Positions 44,190 through 53,504 of a stretch of DNA of 64,000 nt are shown here, piece after piece. The translations under genes were made by a program, and so were the position numbers. The DNA lies in the IMG/VR virus record IMGVR_UViG_3300023174_002543, positions 124,001-188,000 of that record. One strand, written 5' to 3'. The notes below the pieces were generated by a model. That model had not been told where the DNA came from. It searched no databases and was given only the letters and a program-made list of their open reading frames with translations. Positions within the stretch are counted from its first letter, which is position 1. Every line of letters begins with the position of its first letter.

Positions 44190-44366
44190 ATGAAATTCAA
44201 TATATTCATCAATAATAAACTATATAAAACAGTTACCGTTCAGGGCGACACTTTTAATCCTACTTCAATTTGGCCTCAAATTGAAGCCGATAAAAAATCC
44301 GGACTATTAAGTAGTTACAATGTCAGCGAACAACTGTCTATCAAAGTAGAAAAAGTCAAAAATTAA
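44190..44366 (+). CDS. Small hypothetical protein, 58 aa (not in ORF track)
   Basis: TAAATA 5 nt upstream; MKFNIFINNKLYKTV. Confidence 0.55.
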   Translation: MKFNIFINNKLYKTVTVQGDTFNPTSIWPQIEADKKSGLLSSYNVSEQLSIKVEKVKN

Positions 44367-44369
44367 TCT

Positions 44370-44444
44370 ACATGATTAACTCAGTGGTAGAGTCCTGTCC
44401 TGACTCGACAGTGGTCAATAGTTCGAATCTATTATCATGTACCA
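44370..44444 (+). tRNA. tRNA-Val(GAC) with unusual U37
   Basis: CTGTC-ctGACtc-GACAG; ACATGAT/ATCATGT; CCA. Confidence 0.85.
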
Positions 44445-44494
44445 AAACACTTGCAAGTATTTTAAATCAGTGCTATACTTGCGTATAAATATTT

Positions 44495-44569
44495 CGTGGG
44501 GTGGAGAAGTAGTATCTCACTAGTCTCATAAGCTAGAGAACGGCGGTGCGATTCCGTCCCCCGCAACCA
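44495..44569 (+). tRNA. Initiator-like tRNA-Met(CAT)
   Basis: C1.A72 mismatch; loop ctCATaa; lacks the three G-C anticodon-stem pairs; CCA. Confidence 0.75.
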
Positions 44570-44587
44570 AACAACTAAAGGAAAATA

Positions 44588-44857
44588 ATGAAAGTAAGAG
44601 CAAGACATATTTTAGTACCGACGCTTAATGAAGCAGTTGAAGTCTTTAACAAGATTAAAGAAGGTGAAGATTTTGGTGCTGTAGCACGTAAAATGTCAAA
44701 GTGTCCTAGTGGTCAAAATGGTGGCGACTTGGGTGAGTTTGGTCACGGTCAAATGGTTAAGCCTTTTGAAGATGCCTCATTCGGGTTAGAGGTAGGTCAA
44801 CTGAGCGAACCTGTTCAAACACAGTTCGGTTATCATTTAATTCAACGTACAGGATAA
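44588..44857 (+). CDS. ppiC: Parvulin-type peptidyl-prolyl cis-trans isomerase
   Basis: ARHILV, SKCPSGQNGGDLGEF..GQMVKPFEDA, PVQTQFGYHLI. Confidence 0.95.
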   Translation: MKVRARHILVPTLNEAVEVFNKIKEGEDFGAVARKMSKCPSGQNGGDLGEFGHGQMVKPFEDASFGLEVGQLSEPVQTQFGYHLIQRTG

Positions 44858-44859
44858 TT

Positions 44860-45021
44860 ATGACTTGTAGGGGATATGATTCTAAAACCGTTAAAATCGG
44901 CAAAGATGTGAAACGTGCCGCGGCATTAATTCATGACCAACATAAACGCGGTGAGTTCATTCGCAGTTTTGTAAAAATTGCACAGAGTGAATCACGTACT
45001 GGTCGTAAAGACAGCAAGTAA
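44860..45021 (+). CDS. Small basic hypothetical protein, 53 aa (not in ORF track)
   Basis: MTCRGYDSKTVKIGKDVKRAAALI...; coupled to ppiC. Confidence 0.6.
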   Translation: MTCRGYDSKTVKIGKDVKRAAALIHDQHKRGEFIRSFVKIAQSESRTGRKDSK

Positions 45022-45041
45022 TATTTCTTAGAAAGATTATC

Positions 45042-45226
45042 ATGCAAATTAGAGTTAAAGAAAATGTAGAAGACTTTGGCAAATGCGGTTGCGGTCGTAG
45101 TCCAATTGGTAAATGCATTGGCTGGCATTAGGATTAACTGAAGAAGCATTTCGTCATGCACAAATGCTTTGGATGGAAGAAGAATTACGTAAAGATGCAG
45201 AAATTGAAAATCTAAACAAAGAATAA
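45042..45226 (+). pseudogene. Frameshifted CDGSH-like Fe-S/Zn finger gene
   Basis: CGCGRSP.GKCIGWH then TAG at 45129; a plausible continuation GLTEEAF...NKE lies in another frame to 45226. Confidence 0.55.
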
Positions 45227-45227
45227 C

Positions 45228-45303
45228 GCATCCTTAACTCAGTTGGTAGAGTGTCGCCTTTACACGGCGAATGTCGGCGGTTCGAGCCCGTCAGGATGTA
45301 CCA
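45228..45303 (+). tRNA. tRNA-Val(TAC)
   Basis: TCGCC-ttTACac-GGCGA; CCA. Confidence 0.94.
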
Positions 45304-45318
45304 GAATAAATACACATT

Positions 45319-45504
45319 ATGAACAACGAAAATCAAAATAAATTATCTGACGAAGTTATCACATGCGTTACCTTTCTAGTTGACGATAGTGATAATGATA
45401 GTGTACAATCTGAATCTACACTAGTAGGACTTGATACTAAGCGCAAGCCTACTAATGTTAGTCAACCCGGTAAACATGTAAATGTCATCAGTGAAAAAGT
45501 TTAA
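45319..45504 (+). CDS. Hypothetical protein
   Basis: 61-aa ORF between tRNAs. Confidence 0.5.
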   Translation: MNNENQNKLSDEVITCVTFLVDDSDNDSVQSESTLVGLDTKRKPTNVSQPGKHVNVISEKV

Positions 45505-45505
45505 T

Positions 45506-45579
45506 GCGGGATTAGTTTAATGGTCAAACGAAACCTTGCCAAGGTTTAGTCAGGAGTTCGATTCTCCTATCCCGCTCCA
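45506..45579 (+). tRNA. tRNA-Gly(GCC)
   Basis: AAACC-ttGCCaa-GGTTT; CCA. Confidence 0.94.
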
Positions 45580-45599
45580 AATAACAACGAAAGAAAATT

Positions 45600-45848
45600 A
45601 TGCCAAGACAATGTAGTGAAGCCGCAGTACAATCAGTAGGTAATCGTTATGACTTAGTTCTTATTGCAAGTGCAAGAGTAAGAGAACTAGTAAGAGGTGA
45701 TATGCCTAAGTTAACAACAACGGCTAAACCCAGTGTTACTGCATTACTTGAAATTGAAAATGGTTTAGTTGGACGTGAGTATCTTAAGAAAATTAAAGAT
45801 GAACCACGCAAAGAACGTAAGTACGACAAGTACGATAGTAGATATTAA
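45600..45848 (+). CDS. rpoZ: RNA polymerase omega subunit homolog
   Basis: VGNRYDLVLIASARVREL..G..P......KPSVTALLEIE.GLVG matches the RpoZ pattern. Confidence 0.85.
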   Translation: MPRQCSEAAVQSVGNRYDLVLIASARVRELVRGDMPKLTTTAKPSVTALLEIENGLVGREYLKKIKDEPRKERKYDKYDSRY

Positions 45849-45854
45849 AAATTT

Positions 45855-45930
45855 GGGGGTGTAGCTCACCAGGGAGAGCGGTTCCTTTGCAAGGAATAGG
45901 TAGCGGGTTCGAGTCCTGTCACCTCCACCA
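45855..45930 (+). tRNA. tRNA-Ala(TGC), second copy
   Basis: G3.U70; GTTCC-ttTGCaa-GGAAT; CCA. Confidence 0.93.
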
Positions 45931-45936
45931 AGATAA

Positions 45937-46028
45937 GGAAGCGTGGCCGAGCCCGGTTTAAGGTACCTGACTTGAAATCAGACGAGGGGGCAACCTCTCC
46001 GTGAGTTCGAATCTCACCGCTTCCGCCA
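45937..46028 (+). tRNA. tRNA-Ser(TGA), canonical 7/5
   Basis: CTGA-ctTGAaa-TCAG; long V-arm; CCA. Confidence 0.93.
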
Positions 46029-46032
46029 AGTA

Positions 46033-46069
46033 ATGGTCATAGTATTAATTTACTATGACCATTTTTTTT
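46033..46069 (+). terminator. Intrinsic terminator ending the tRNA array
   Basis: ATGGTCATAGTA/TACTATGACCAT followed by T7. Confidence 0.9.
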
Positions 46070-46143
46070 GTCCCTATTACCTTGACAATAACATAATTGG
46101 GTTTTTGACATTGACCTAACTATGTAGATAAATATTATAATGG

Positions 46144-46305
46144 TTTTATAAGTGTTCTATATTGCACCCTGCTGATAAGACAGGCCCTGTTTGTGAAAAA
46201 GATATTAGAATACTTATAAAAACACCCTAGCCAAACATTGCAAACATTTGAGTTTACATACTCCTAGTTCTTTAATACTTTTTAGCGCATCTAGGGTGTT
46301 TTTAT
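46144..46305 (+). ncRNA. Two overlapping, mutually exclusive long stems
   Basis: 16 bp 46144-46159/46206-46221 and perfect 15 bp 46216-46230/46291-46305 share ATAAAA; TAAATA at 46129. Confidence 0.5.
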
Positions 46306-46311
46306 TTGCGC

Positions 46312-46340
46312 TTGACAATAATTCCCAAATCACGTATAAT
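46312..46340 (+). promoter_or_regulatory. Sigma70 early promoter
   Basis: TTGACA-17-TATAAT. Confidence 0.85.
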
Positions 46341-46362
46341 ACTCACAATGAAGGAGAATAGT

Positions 46363-46857
46363 ATGCCATGGATTCAAAACGTAGCACTTAGTGATATCAA
46401 AAAAGGGTTTCATATTGACCCCGGACCCAACAACCTGTTGATTCAGATTGTTGATACAGGTATGGAATTTCCTGAACCAAAATATAAATTCAATAGTGTG
46501 CATCAATTTCAATTTTTAGATTTGGAAAAGAATGATTTGTGCATTGAACCAGAAATGAAAATCAGTGACGACCAAGCAAATAGTTTGGTAATACTACTAA
46601 AGCAAGCATTGCTTAATCGTAGTAATGTAATTGTGCATTGTGTTGCAGGTGTGTGTCGTAGCGGTGCAGTATGCGAAGTTGGTGTAATGATGGGTTTTGA
46701 TGACACAGAAGTTTTTCGTAGCCCTAACTTGTTAGTGAAACACAAAATGATGAAAGTGTTGGGTTTAACTTATGATGAGAATGAACCTCATACTATCAAT
46801 GGTATAACATTAGATTCTGGGCTAATTGTGCCTAAGAATTATGAAGGTGATATATGA
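46363..46857 (+). CDS. Protein tyrosine/dual-specificity phosphatase-like protein
   Basis: VHCVAGVCRSGA (CX5R); AAGGAG RBS before the ATG at 46363. Confidence 0.85.
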   Translation: MPWIQNVALSDIKKGFHIDPGPNNLLIQIVDTGMEFPEPKYKFNSVHQFQFLDLEKNDLCIEPEMKISDDQANSLVILLKQALLNRSNVIVHCVAGVCRSGAVCEVGVMMGFDDTEVFRSPNLLVKHKMMKVLGLTYDENEPHTINGITLDSGLIVPKNYEGDI

Positions 46858-47171
46858 AAGTATTGCGTAAGTTAGTACGTGATGGGCATGTTGCAATACT
46901 AATCAGTTCTGATTATGGTAGTGGTTGGTATAGTTGGAATCCTGACTATCCTGAAATACTTTTTGATCCGGCAATGATTAGACTTGTAGAGGAAAATAAA
47001 TTTGATGAATTAGAAATTTATGTTACACTGAAGTATCCAGAAATACATAAACATGCATTACGTGATTTAGAAGTTGAGTGGGTACGTGAGGGTGCAGAGT
47101 TTCGCATTAAAGAACATGATGGTGCTGAAACTATTGAATTTAAAGATGAAGTAGATTGGATTGTAGCATGA
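46854..47171 (+). CDS. Hypothetical protein
   Basis: SSDYGSGWYSWN; FRIKEHDGAE. Confidence 0.75.
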   Translation: MKVLRKLVRDGHVAILISSDYGSGWYSWNPDYPEILFDPAMIRLVEENKFDELEIYVTLKYPEIHKHALRDLEVEWVREGAEFRIKEHDGAETIEFKDEVDWIVA

Positions 47172-47401
47172 CATATATTGTAGAACACAACGAATTTGAA
47201 AAAGAATTCGTATCACTTGACATGGCAATGGACTATGCTAAGACATTAGATGTGTTTGTTGTCATTAAAGGTGACGATGGGTTAGAGATTGCAGGTAAGT
47301 TTGGTGTTGATAGCGTTGAGAACGGCAAAACACCCGATGGCATTGCATATACATGGAATAAAGAAAGTCGTATTGGTCGAGTACAGAAGGAGCGGTCATG
47401 A
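47168..47401 (+). CDS. Hypothetical protein
   Basis: ATGA-coupled ORF. Confidence 0.7.
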   Translation: MTYIVEHNEFEKEFVSLDMAMDYAKTLDVFVVIKGDDGLEIAGKFGVDSVENGKTPDGIAYTWNKESRIGRVQKERS

Positions 47402-47871
47402 ACAAGTGTTATCAGTTAATAGGTGTGCCTGGTGCAGGTAAAAGTACTTGGTATAAAAATCAAGACTGGCTAGGCAAGGATAAAAAGGATCACAAGTATG
47501 TTTCTACTGACCAGCATGTTGAAGGATATGCTCAGGATCAAGGTAAGACCTACCGTGAAGTCTTTGAAGAATACATGCCTATTGCTATTAAGCAAATGAT
47601 GGTCAATGTTAACATGGCTTCGGCAATGCGATTGGACATTGTTTGGGATCAAACTAGTACTACATTAAAAAGTCGTACTCGCAAGTTTAATGCTTTACCG
47701 GACTATGACCATGTTGCTGTTGTATTTTCTACGCCCGATTTAAAAGAATTAAAACGTAGATTAAACAGTCGTCCAGGTAAAGTTATTCCTTGGGAAGTAG
47801 TACAGGGTATGATTGACAATTGGGAAGAGCCTACCCTTGAAGAAGGCTTTAAAGAAATTTGGAGAGTATAA
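47398..47871 (+). CDS. P-loop kinase, polynucleotide kinase-like (AAA_33)
   Basis: LIGVPGAGKSTW, VSTD, VWDQT, R...R. Confidence 0.85.
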   Translation: MNKCYQLIGVPGAGKSTWYKNQDWLGKDKKDHKYVSTDQHVEGYAQDQGKTYREVFEEYMPIAIKQMMVNVNMASAMRLDIVWDQTSTTLKSRTRKFNALPDYDHVAVVFSTPDLKELKRRLNSRPGKVIPWEVVQGMIDNWEEPTLEEGFKEIWRV

Positions 47872-48452
47872 TGCCATCAGTATTTTTAGTTAGTGATACT
47901 CACTTTGGACATTTAGGTGTATGTAAATTTACACGTAACGATGGGGTGACAAAGTTACGCCCATGGACTGATCCAGATGAAATGGATGAAGAAATGGTAA
48001 AGCGTTGGAACGAACGTGTGAAGCCTAGTGATAAAGTATATCACTTAGGTGATGTAGTCATCAACCGCAAAGCATTAAAGATTATGCACCGCTTAAATGG
48101 TGACAAAGTTTTAATTCGTGGTAACCATGATATTTTCCGTGACACTGAATACCGTGAACACTTCCGTGAATTACGTGCTTATCATGTTATGAATGGAATG
48201 ATATTAAGTCATATACCTATACACGAAGAAAGTTTAGGTAGATTTGGTGTTAACATTCATGGTCACCTACATGCCAATCGTGTAATGACAAGTAAGCATA
48301 AAGGTTCTACTCCTATAGTGGATGTTAGGTATCATTGCGTATGCGTAGAACAAACAGACTTTGCACCTATACTCTTTGAAGATGTTATCAAACGCATTGA
48401 AGAGGAAGGTGGTTCAATTGGGTTTAAGAGTGGTAATGGACCTACTATGTAG
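47871..48452 (+). CDS. Calcineurin-like metallophosphoesterase
   Basis: SDTHFGH, YHLGDV, RGNHD, LSHIP, IHGHLH. Confidence 0.92.
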   Translation: MPSVFLVSDTHFGHLGVCKFTRNDGVTKLRPWTDPDEMDEEMVKRWNERVKPSDKVYHLGDVVINRKALKIMHRLNGDKVLIRGNHDIFRDTEYREHFRELRAYHVMNGMILSHIPIHEESLGRFGVNIHGHLHANRVMTSKHKGSTPIVDVRYHCVCVEQTDFAPILFEDVIKRIEEEGGSIGFKSGNGPTM

Positions 48453-48512
48453 TTCTAAAGTATATTATTATTCATATAAATGGGTATAAATATATATCAA
48501 GGGGGATAAGTT

Positions 48513-48665
48513 ATGAAACAAAAGAAGTTAATTCGTAAAATGTATCAGGCTTGTTTTACTCACGATGTAGAAAAGGAAAAGGCTCTTTATCTTAAAGAAT
48601 TGCATAAAATCTTCAAGCACCGCGCAGAAGGCAAAACTTTTACACACAAATGGACAGTAGTCTAA
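48513..48665 (+). CDS. Small basic hypothetical protein, 50 aa (not in ORF track)
   Basis: TATAAATA at 48485 and GGGGG RBS. Confidence 0.6.
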   Translation: MKQKKLIRKMYQACFTHDVEKEKALYLKELHKIFKHRAEGKTFTHKWTVV

Positions 48666-48666
48666 T

Positions 48667-48694
48667 AAAAAAGGGCTCTCAAGAGCCCTTTTTT
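48667..48694. terminator. Bidirectional intrinsic terminator
   Basis: AAAAAGGGCTC-tcaa-GAGCCCTTTTTTT. Confidence 0.9.
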
Positions 48695-48752
48695 TGTCTA
48701 TTCAACCTTAACTATTGCTAATCAGTCATTATTAAAATATAATAAATATCTA

Positions 48753-49523
48753 ATGACTAAGTTTTTAATAACTCTATTATTCTTACCACTAAGTGTGTTT
48801 GCACACACAAATTCGGTAGTATATAACATAACAAATAACCAAATTGTTTCAGGATCATTAGATAGTAGTGAGGTGTCTATTGCTAGTATTAGTAAATTGA
48901 TGACCGTATATACTGTACTGAAACAAGAACAAGACCTTGACGAACGTTTAACAGTGGACAATACAAAAACTCCTACTACAAGATTGAATAAAGGAATGAA
49001 ACTAACTAGATTAGAACTAATTAATTTAGCACTAATATCTAGCGATAATAAGGCAGCAATTACATTATCACAAAATTTTCCCGGTGGTCAACCTCATTTC
49101 ATTCGTACAATGAATCAAAATACTAGAGAATTGGGAATGAAACACACTGGTTTTGTAGAACCAACTGGATTAAGTCCCATGAACTATTCAAGTATAGAGG
49201 ATATAGTCAAACTTACCCAAGCTGTAAGTCAGTTTGATTTAGTACAAGAAGCCGCCAGGTCAACTAAATCAGTAGCATTGCCCGCTAAGACTAAAAAGGG
49301 TAAGAAACCTGTAAAGGTCAGTGGCAGACCAACAAGTCACTATTTTGGTAAAGATGGTATAATTACAATCAAAACGGGTTTTACTAATGCCGCAGGATTT
49401 TGTATTACTATGCTTGTGCAAGCAAATGACCAATTATATAATATAACGGTCCTAGGGGCAAAATCTAAACAAGAACGTGAACGTATTATTAAGAAATCTT
49501 TGGATAAAATTTACAACGCATAA
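48753..49523 (+). CDS. D-Ala-D-Ala carboxypeptidase/endopeptidase (peptidase S11, PbpG/DacC-like) with signal peptide
   Basis: ASISKLMT (SxxK), SSDN (SxN), FVEPTGLS, IKTGFT..AG.C. Confidence 0.92.
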   Translation: MTKFLITLLFLPLSVFAHTNSVVYNITNNQIVSGSLDSSEVSIASISKLMTVYTVLKQEQDLDERLTVDNTKTPTTRLNKGMKLTRLELINLALISSDNKAAITLSQNFPGGQPHFIRTMNQNTRELGMKHTGFVEPTGLSPMNYSSIEDIVKLTQAVSQFDLVQEAARSTKSVALPAKTKKGKKPVKVSGRPTSHYFGKDGIITIKTGFTNAAGFCITMLVQANDQLYNITVLGAKSKQERERIIKKSLDKIYNA

Positions 49524-49560
49524 AATACTCATATTATAATTGTGGCATAAATAGCATTAT

Positions 49561-50022
49561 ATGCTAACATTTATCAAAGAAATCGGAAACGCCTTATTAG
49601 ACTTTATCAAAGATGATCCTGTACGTCCTGAGATCCCAACTGATTTTCGTGTTACTAACGGTAGAATGGTGGCAGCACTAGTAGATGAAGAACAGCCCGA
49701 AGCTATGGTATGTGTTAGTTTTCACGACTTTGTTCCAGAAGATGTTAAAGATTTAAACACTACCGCAGTTGTACCTACTACCGCAGTATTCTATACTATT
49801 TGGAGTTATAAAGCAGGTAAGGGTAAAGAGTTACTTATTCAAGCAGTAAGAGAAATACAAAAGACTCATCCAAGCGTAACTCGTTTTGTAACATTAAGTC
49901 CTAAGACTGAAGTGGCAAGACGATTCCATCTACGTAATGGTGCTATCGTTTTCCGTGAAAACATAGACACTACTAATTACGAATATATCAAACCAACTGA
50001 AGTACTTGACACAACTAAATAG
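49561..50022 (+). CDS. Hypothetical protein (GNAT-like fold possible)
   Basis: DDPVRP, FYTIWSY..GKGKEL, TLSP.T..A..FHL.NGA. Confidence 0.7.
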   Translation: MLTFIKEIGNALLDFIKDDPVRPEIPTDFRVTNGRMVAALVDEEQPEAMVCVSFHDFVPEDVKDLNTTAVVPTTAVFYTIWSYKAGKGKELLIQAVREIQKTHPSVTRFVTLSPKTEVARRFHLRNGAIVFRENIDTTNYEYIKPTEVLDTTK

Positions 50023-50025
50023 TTT

Positions 50026-50466
50026 GTGAACATATATTTCTATTATAAAAATAATAAACCTTGTACTAGGCGTGAAGATATAATTTCACGATTGACCAAT
50101 GCCATATCAAAAATAATAGATTTGCCTGATAGCTTAGAAGTTTGCATCTATCCTCTAGGTAAAAACGTATACGGCGGTATAGACAAGTACTACACAAACC
50201 GACTAGCACTTAACTACGATTTAGATTATAATTCTATTCCCCTCATCCTCACGCACGAATTAATTCACGTAAGCCAAAAGCATACAAAAATGCTTGAAAT
50301 AAAAAACAATGGACACTACTATTGGTATGGGATCCCCTATACTAAGGTACTTCCTGAGGAAATGTCGTATGAAGAATATAGAAATTTACCATGGGAACTA
50401 GATGTACAACGTAGAGAAACAAAAGTACTACAAATGGCATTAGAGTTAGCAGTGTCAAAAACTTGA
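50026..50466 (+). CDS. Zn-metalloprotease-like protein
   Basis: LTHELIHVSQ (HExxH); Y..LPWE.DV. Confidence 0.75.
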   Translation: MNIYFYYKNNKPCTRREDIISRLTNAISKIIDLPDSLEVCIYPLGKNVYGGIDKYYTNRLALNYDLDYNSIPLILTHELIHVSQKHTKMLEIKNNGHYYWYGIPYTKVLPEEMSYEEYRNLPWELDVQRRETKVLQMALELAVSKT

Positions 50467-50520
50467 CAATAAATCGTTTCGGGTATAAAATAGCATTTCA
50501 ATCACATGAAAGGGCCAGTT

Positions 50521-50739
50521 ATGTCTTACGATATTGATATGTTTGTGAACACTAACAAAGCATACATCACTTTTGAGGACCAGTCAGACGAGGACCAGTG
50601 TCAATCTCAATTTGAGAAACTTATCAACTTTGATAAAGTTAATACAGAAGCATACCCTGTGCTTGTCTATGAAATGAATACTAAAGCAGTAGCTTGGTAT
50701 GACATTGAAATGTTCACCGGGTTTGCAAAAGTAAACTAA
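50521..50739 (+). CDS. Hypothetical protein (early)
   Basis: Directly downstream of a promoter cassette. Confidence 0.7.
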   Translation: MSYDIDMFVNTNKAYITFEDQSDEDQCQSQFEKLINFDKVNTEAYPVLVYEMNTKAVAWYDIEMFTGFAKVN

Positions 50740-50818
50740 AAGTATTATATACTCAAAACTTGACAATAAATCACATTGGGTATACAATGCATTTATCAAT
50801 TCACTAAAGGAGCTATTC

Positions 50819-51142
50819 ATGTTTGAAAAAGAAACTGAACACAAATCTGCCGGCAAATTTGCTTGGTTCGCTGAACGTGATGCACGTATGCGTAGTGCAG
50901 TAAATAGTTCTCTTTTTTCTGATAGTCAAAAACTCAGGGCCGAACGAGTCAAATTGGCCCTTGAAATTGTATATAATGCTGATAAATTTTATATTGAATT
51001 TCGTAAGAAATTTATTAGTGTTAAAGTACAAAATCCTAGGGTCAAAGATAGTAAGACATTGGCCCTGCTTGAACAAGACTACAAGAGTGAAGGTTACACA
51101 AAAGTATTAACCAAGCAGGGTTTTACATACAGAATTTCTTAA
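50819..51142 (+). CDS. Hypothetical protein (early)
   Basis: AAGGAG RBS after a promoter cassette. Confidence 0.75.
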   Translation: MFEKETEHKSAGKFAWFAERDARMRSAVNSSLFSDSQKLRAERVKLALEIVYNADKFYIEFRKKFISVKVQNPRVKDSKTLALLEQDYKSEGYTKVLTKQGFTYRIS

Positions 51143-51278
51143 TAAAAATGAATACTTATGTATTCATTTGTATGTCAGGTGCTCTAGGACCAATTCTATA
51201 GTTGGCCTCGAACTCTGACACACAAACAAAGAAAATCTACAGGTTGACAATAAATCGGATTGGGTATATAATACATCT

Positions 51279-51617
51279 ATGAATTCGAAAATTACCCGCA
51301 AACGTAGAACAGACCGCAATCAAGTGATATACTTTATTCAAGATAAAGTAACACTTGAGTACTACATTGGTTTGACTGCTGTTTGCTTTGCAGGTAATGT
51401 TCGTAAGACATTGACACGCCGTATGCAAAAACACATGCAACGTGCCTTGACTGAGAACAAAAATTGGGGTTTGTCACGTGCCTTGCGTGAACGTGGTGCT
51501 GATAGTTTTGTATTTGGGGTTATTGAGGTTGTGCGTGGTAAGCGTCCTGCTCATGCCCGCGAGACAGAATTAATTAACACATTGCGTCCAGCATTAAACA
51601 CATTTGGAGTAAAATGA
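51279..51617 (+). CDS. GIY-YIG domain protein
   Basis: VIYFI......YYIGLT; R..KH; A...E..LI. Confidence 0.8.
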   Translation: MNSKITRKRRTDRNQVIYFIQDKVTLEYYIGLTAVCFAGNVRKTLTRRMQKHMQRALTENKNWGLSRALRERGADSFVFGVIEVVRGKRPAHARETELINTLRPALNTFGVK

Positions 51618-51786
51618 TGAACAAACGAATTGAACAAGGTAAAGAACCTTCAACCAAGGATGTTGAAAAGCGTATGAAAGAAACGAACAACAAAAGTTTC
51701 TATCAAGTCCGTGAAAAAATGCGGAATGAAGAATATGGACCCTTGCCCCCTGGATATTCATCTTGGGGAATGTATTGGAAATCGCA

Positions 51787-53392
51787 ATGAACGAACGAAT
51801 TAAAGAACTTATGGAGCAGGCTGGGCTATACGATTTCGTTATTGAGTCAATGGGCATTGATGAAGAAATGGAAAAGTTCGCCGATTCGCTTGTATGGGAA
51901 TGTATGAAAATCTGTGAAGATGTTATGAAAAAAGATAATTCTGCACTTGGCTGTTGGAGTGAAATCAAAAGAACATTTCGGAGTTGAAGAATGAAATTAA
52001 ACGATATCATACAATGGACCGGTGCAGTATTCATTATTGCAGGACACGTGTGTAATGCAATTGGTCCTAGTGTTTATCCCTACAATATTGTAGCATTCAC
52101 ATTAGGCACTATCATGTTTATGGCATGGACTATCCGTGTAAAGAATCGTCCTCAACTAATCGTAAACATTGTGGCAATTGTCACTTGTTTAATAGGTTTA
52201 ATTAACGCATGGAAATAATATGAATACACTATTAATCAATAAATTGAAATCCCAATGTATCGTCCGTGAACAACGCGGTACTACTGCATTTAACAGTTAC
52301 ATGGTAGACCGTTTTGATACAGAAAGGTTCGCTGAGTTGGTTGTTAAGGAGTGTATGCAAACGCTAATTGACAACGGATATGATGATGCGTATGATTGTT
52401 TAAATAAAGAAGTATTAAATGAGAAACACAATTGATATTGTGGTGTATGTTTGTATGTTTATCGCTTTATACCACAATTTGACTAGCATACCACATCCAC
52501 AACCTGTTAGAGAAATCAGGGGTTTGTTAGAAAAGTTTCAGTATGAATTACCAAATTAAGATAGGACAAAGATATGTATGAATTGATTTTTACAATGTTA
52601 ATTATTACTAAAACAGGACTGCCTGGATTTAACATAGAACAGGTTTCTAGGTTCCAGACAATAGAAGAATGCGAAAAGGCTAAGGGGTCTATGCAGTCCT
52701 ATATTGATAAATTAGTAAGTGAGGGGAAAGTATTCCCCGGCATATTTGATTGTAGAAGGATTGCAAGATGAATGAATTTGAAAAAATAGTTGATAATCCA
52801 TTTACCTATATTGTGGCATGCTTGATAATAAGTTTGTTCGGATTTAGTTTAGGATTATTGATAGGATTAGTATGACTGACAAAAAATTAAAAGTTATATT
52901 TGCTCCTGGAGCCTTTGATAATTTTGATGGAACTCAGGAAGAATTAGATGAACTAATGGCGGAGATTACTGGACTAGTAGAGTCCGGTGAAATCAATGAA
53001 AAATCTAGGTTGTTAACTGAGGAAGACTTTGAAGAAATGGACGATGAGACATTAGAATTACTTGCCAAACAATTAGGTATGGTAGAAGATGATGAATCTC
53101 CTGATAGGAAATTACACTAATGATTAACATCAATTTTAAAATTGACAATCCTTTTATAGATAGGTTTGCTAACCTATTCAATCATAATGGCATGTTAACC
53201 AAATACAAAGCATGGGAGTTTGAAGTGTTAAAGGTTAACTGTATAGTTAATTTTTCATTAAGTCTTACGACAAAGACAGACCATGCTGGATTACAACTTG
53301 AATTTGGTTTGCTAGGGTATGAATTGTGTTTTATAGTGTACGATACCCGGCACTGGGATTATGACAAGAATACTTGGCAAATATGTAACTAA
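51787..53392 (+). CDS. Run of small early hypothetical genes (51787-51987, 51991-52218, 52220-52435, 52574-52771, 52872-53120, 53120-53392 and smaller)
   Basis: Densely packed, co-oriented ORFs. Two share an MN...L...[KR]FA..[LV]V.ECM motif; 51991 is a small membrane protein. Confidence 0.7.
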
Positions 53393-53504
53393 AAAGTATT
53401 ACCTTTTTGTTGCATAAAAACAACAGGCCTATAAGGCCTATATTTGACAATAAATCACTTTGGGTATATAATAGAGTCTTATTCAGTTGATTCAAGGAGT
53501 TTTT

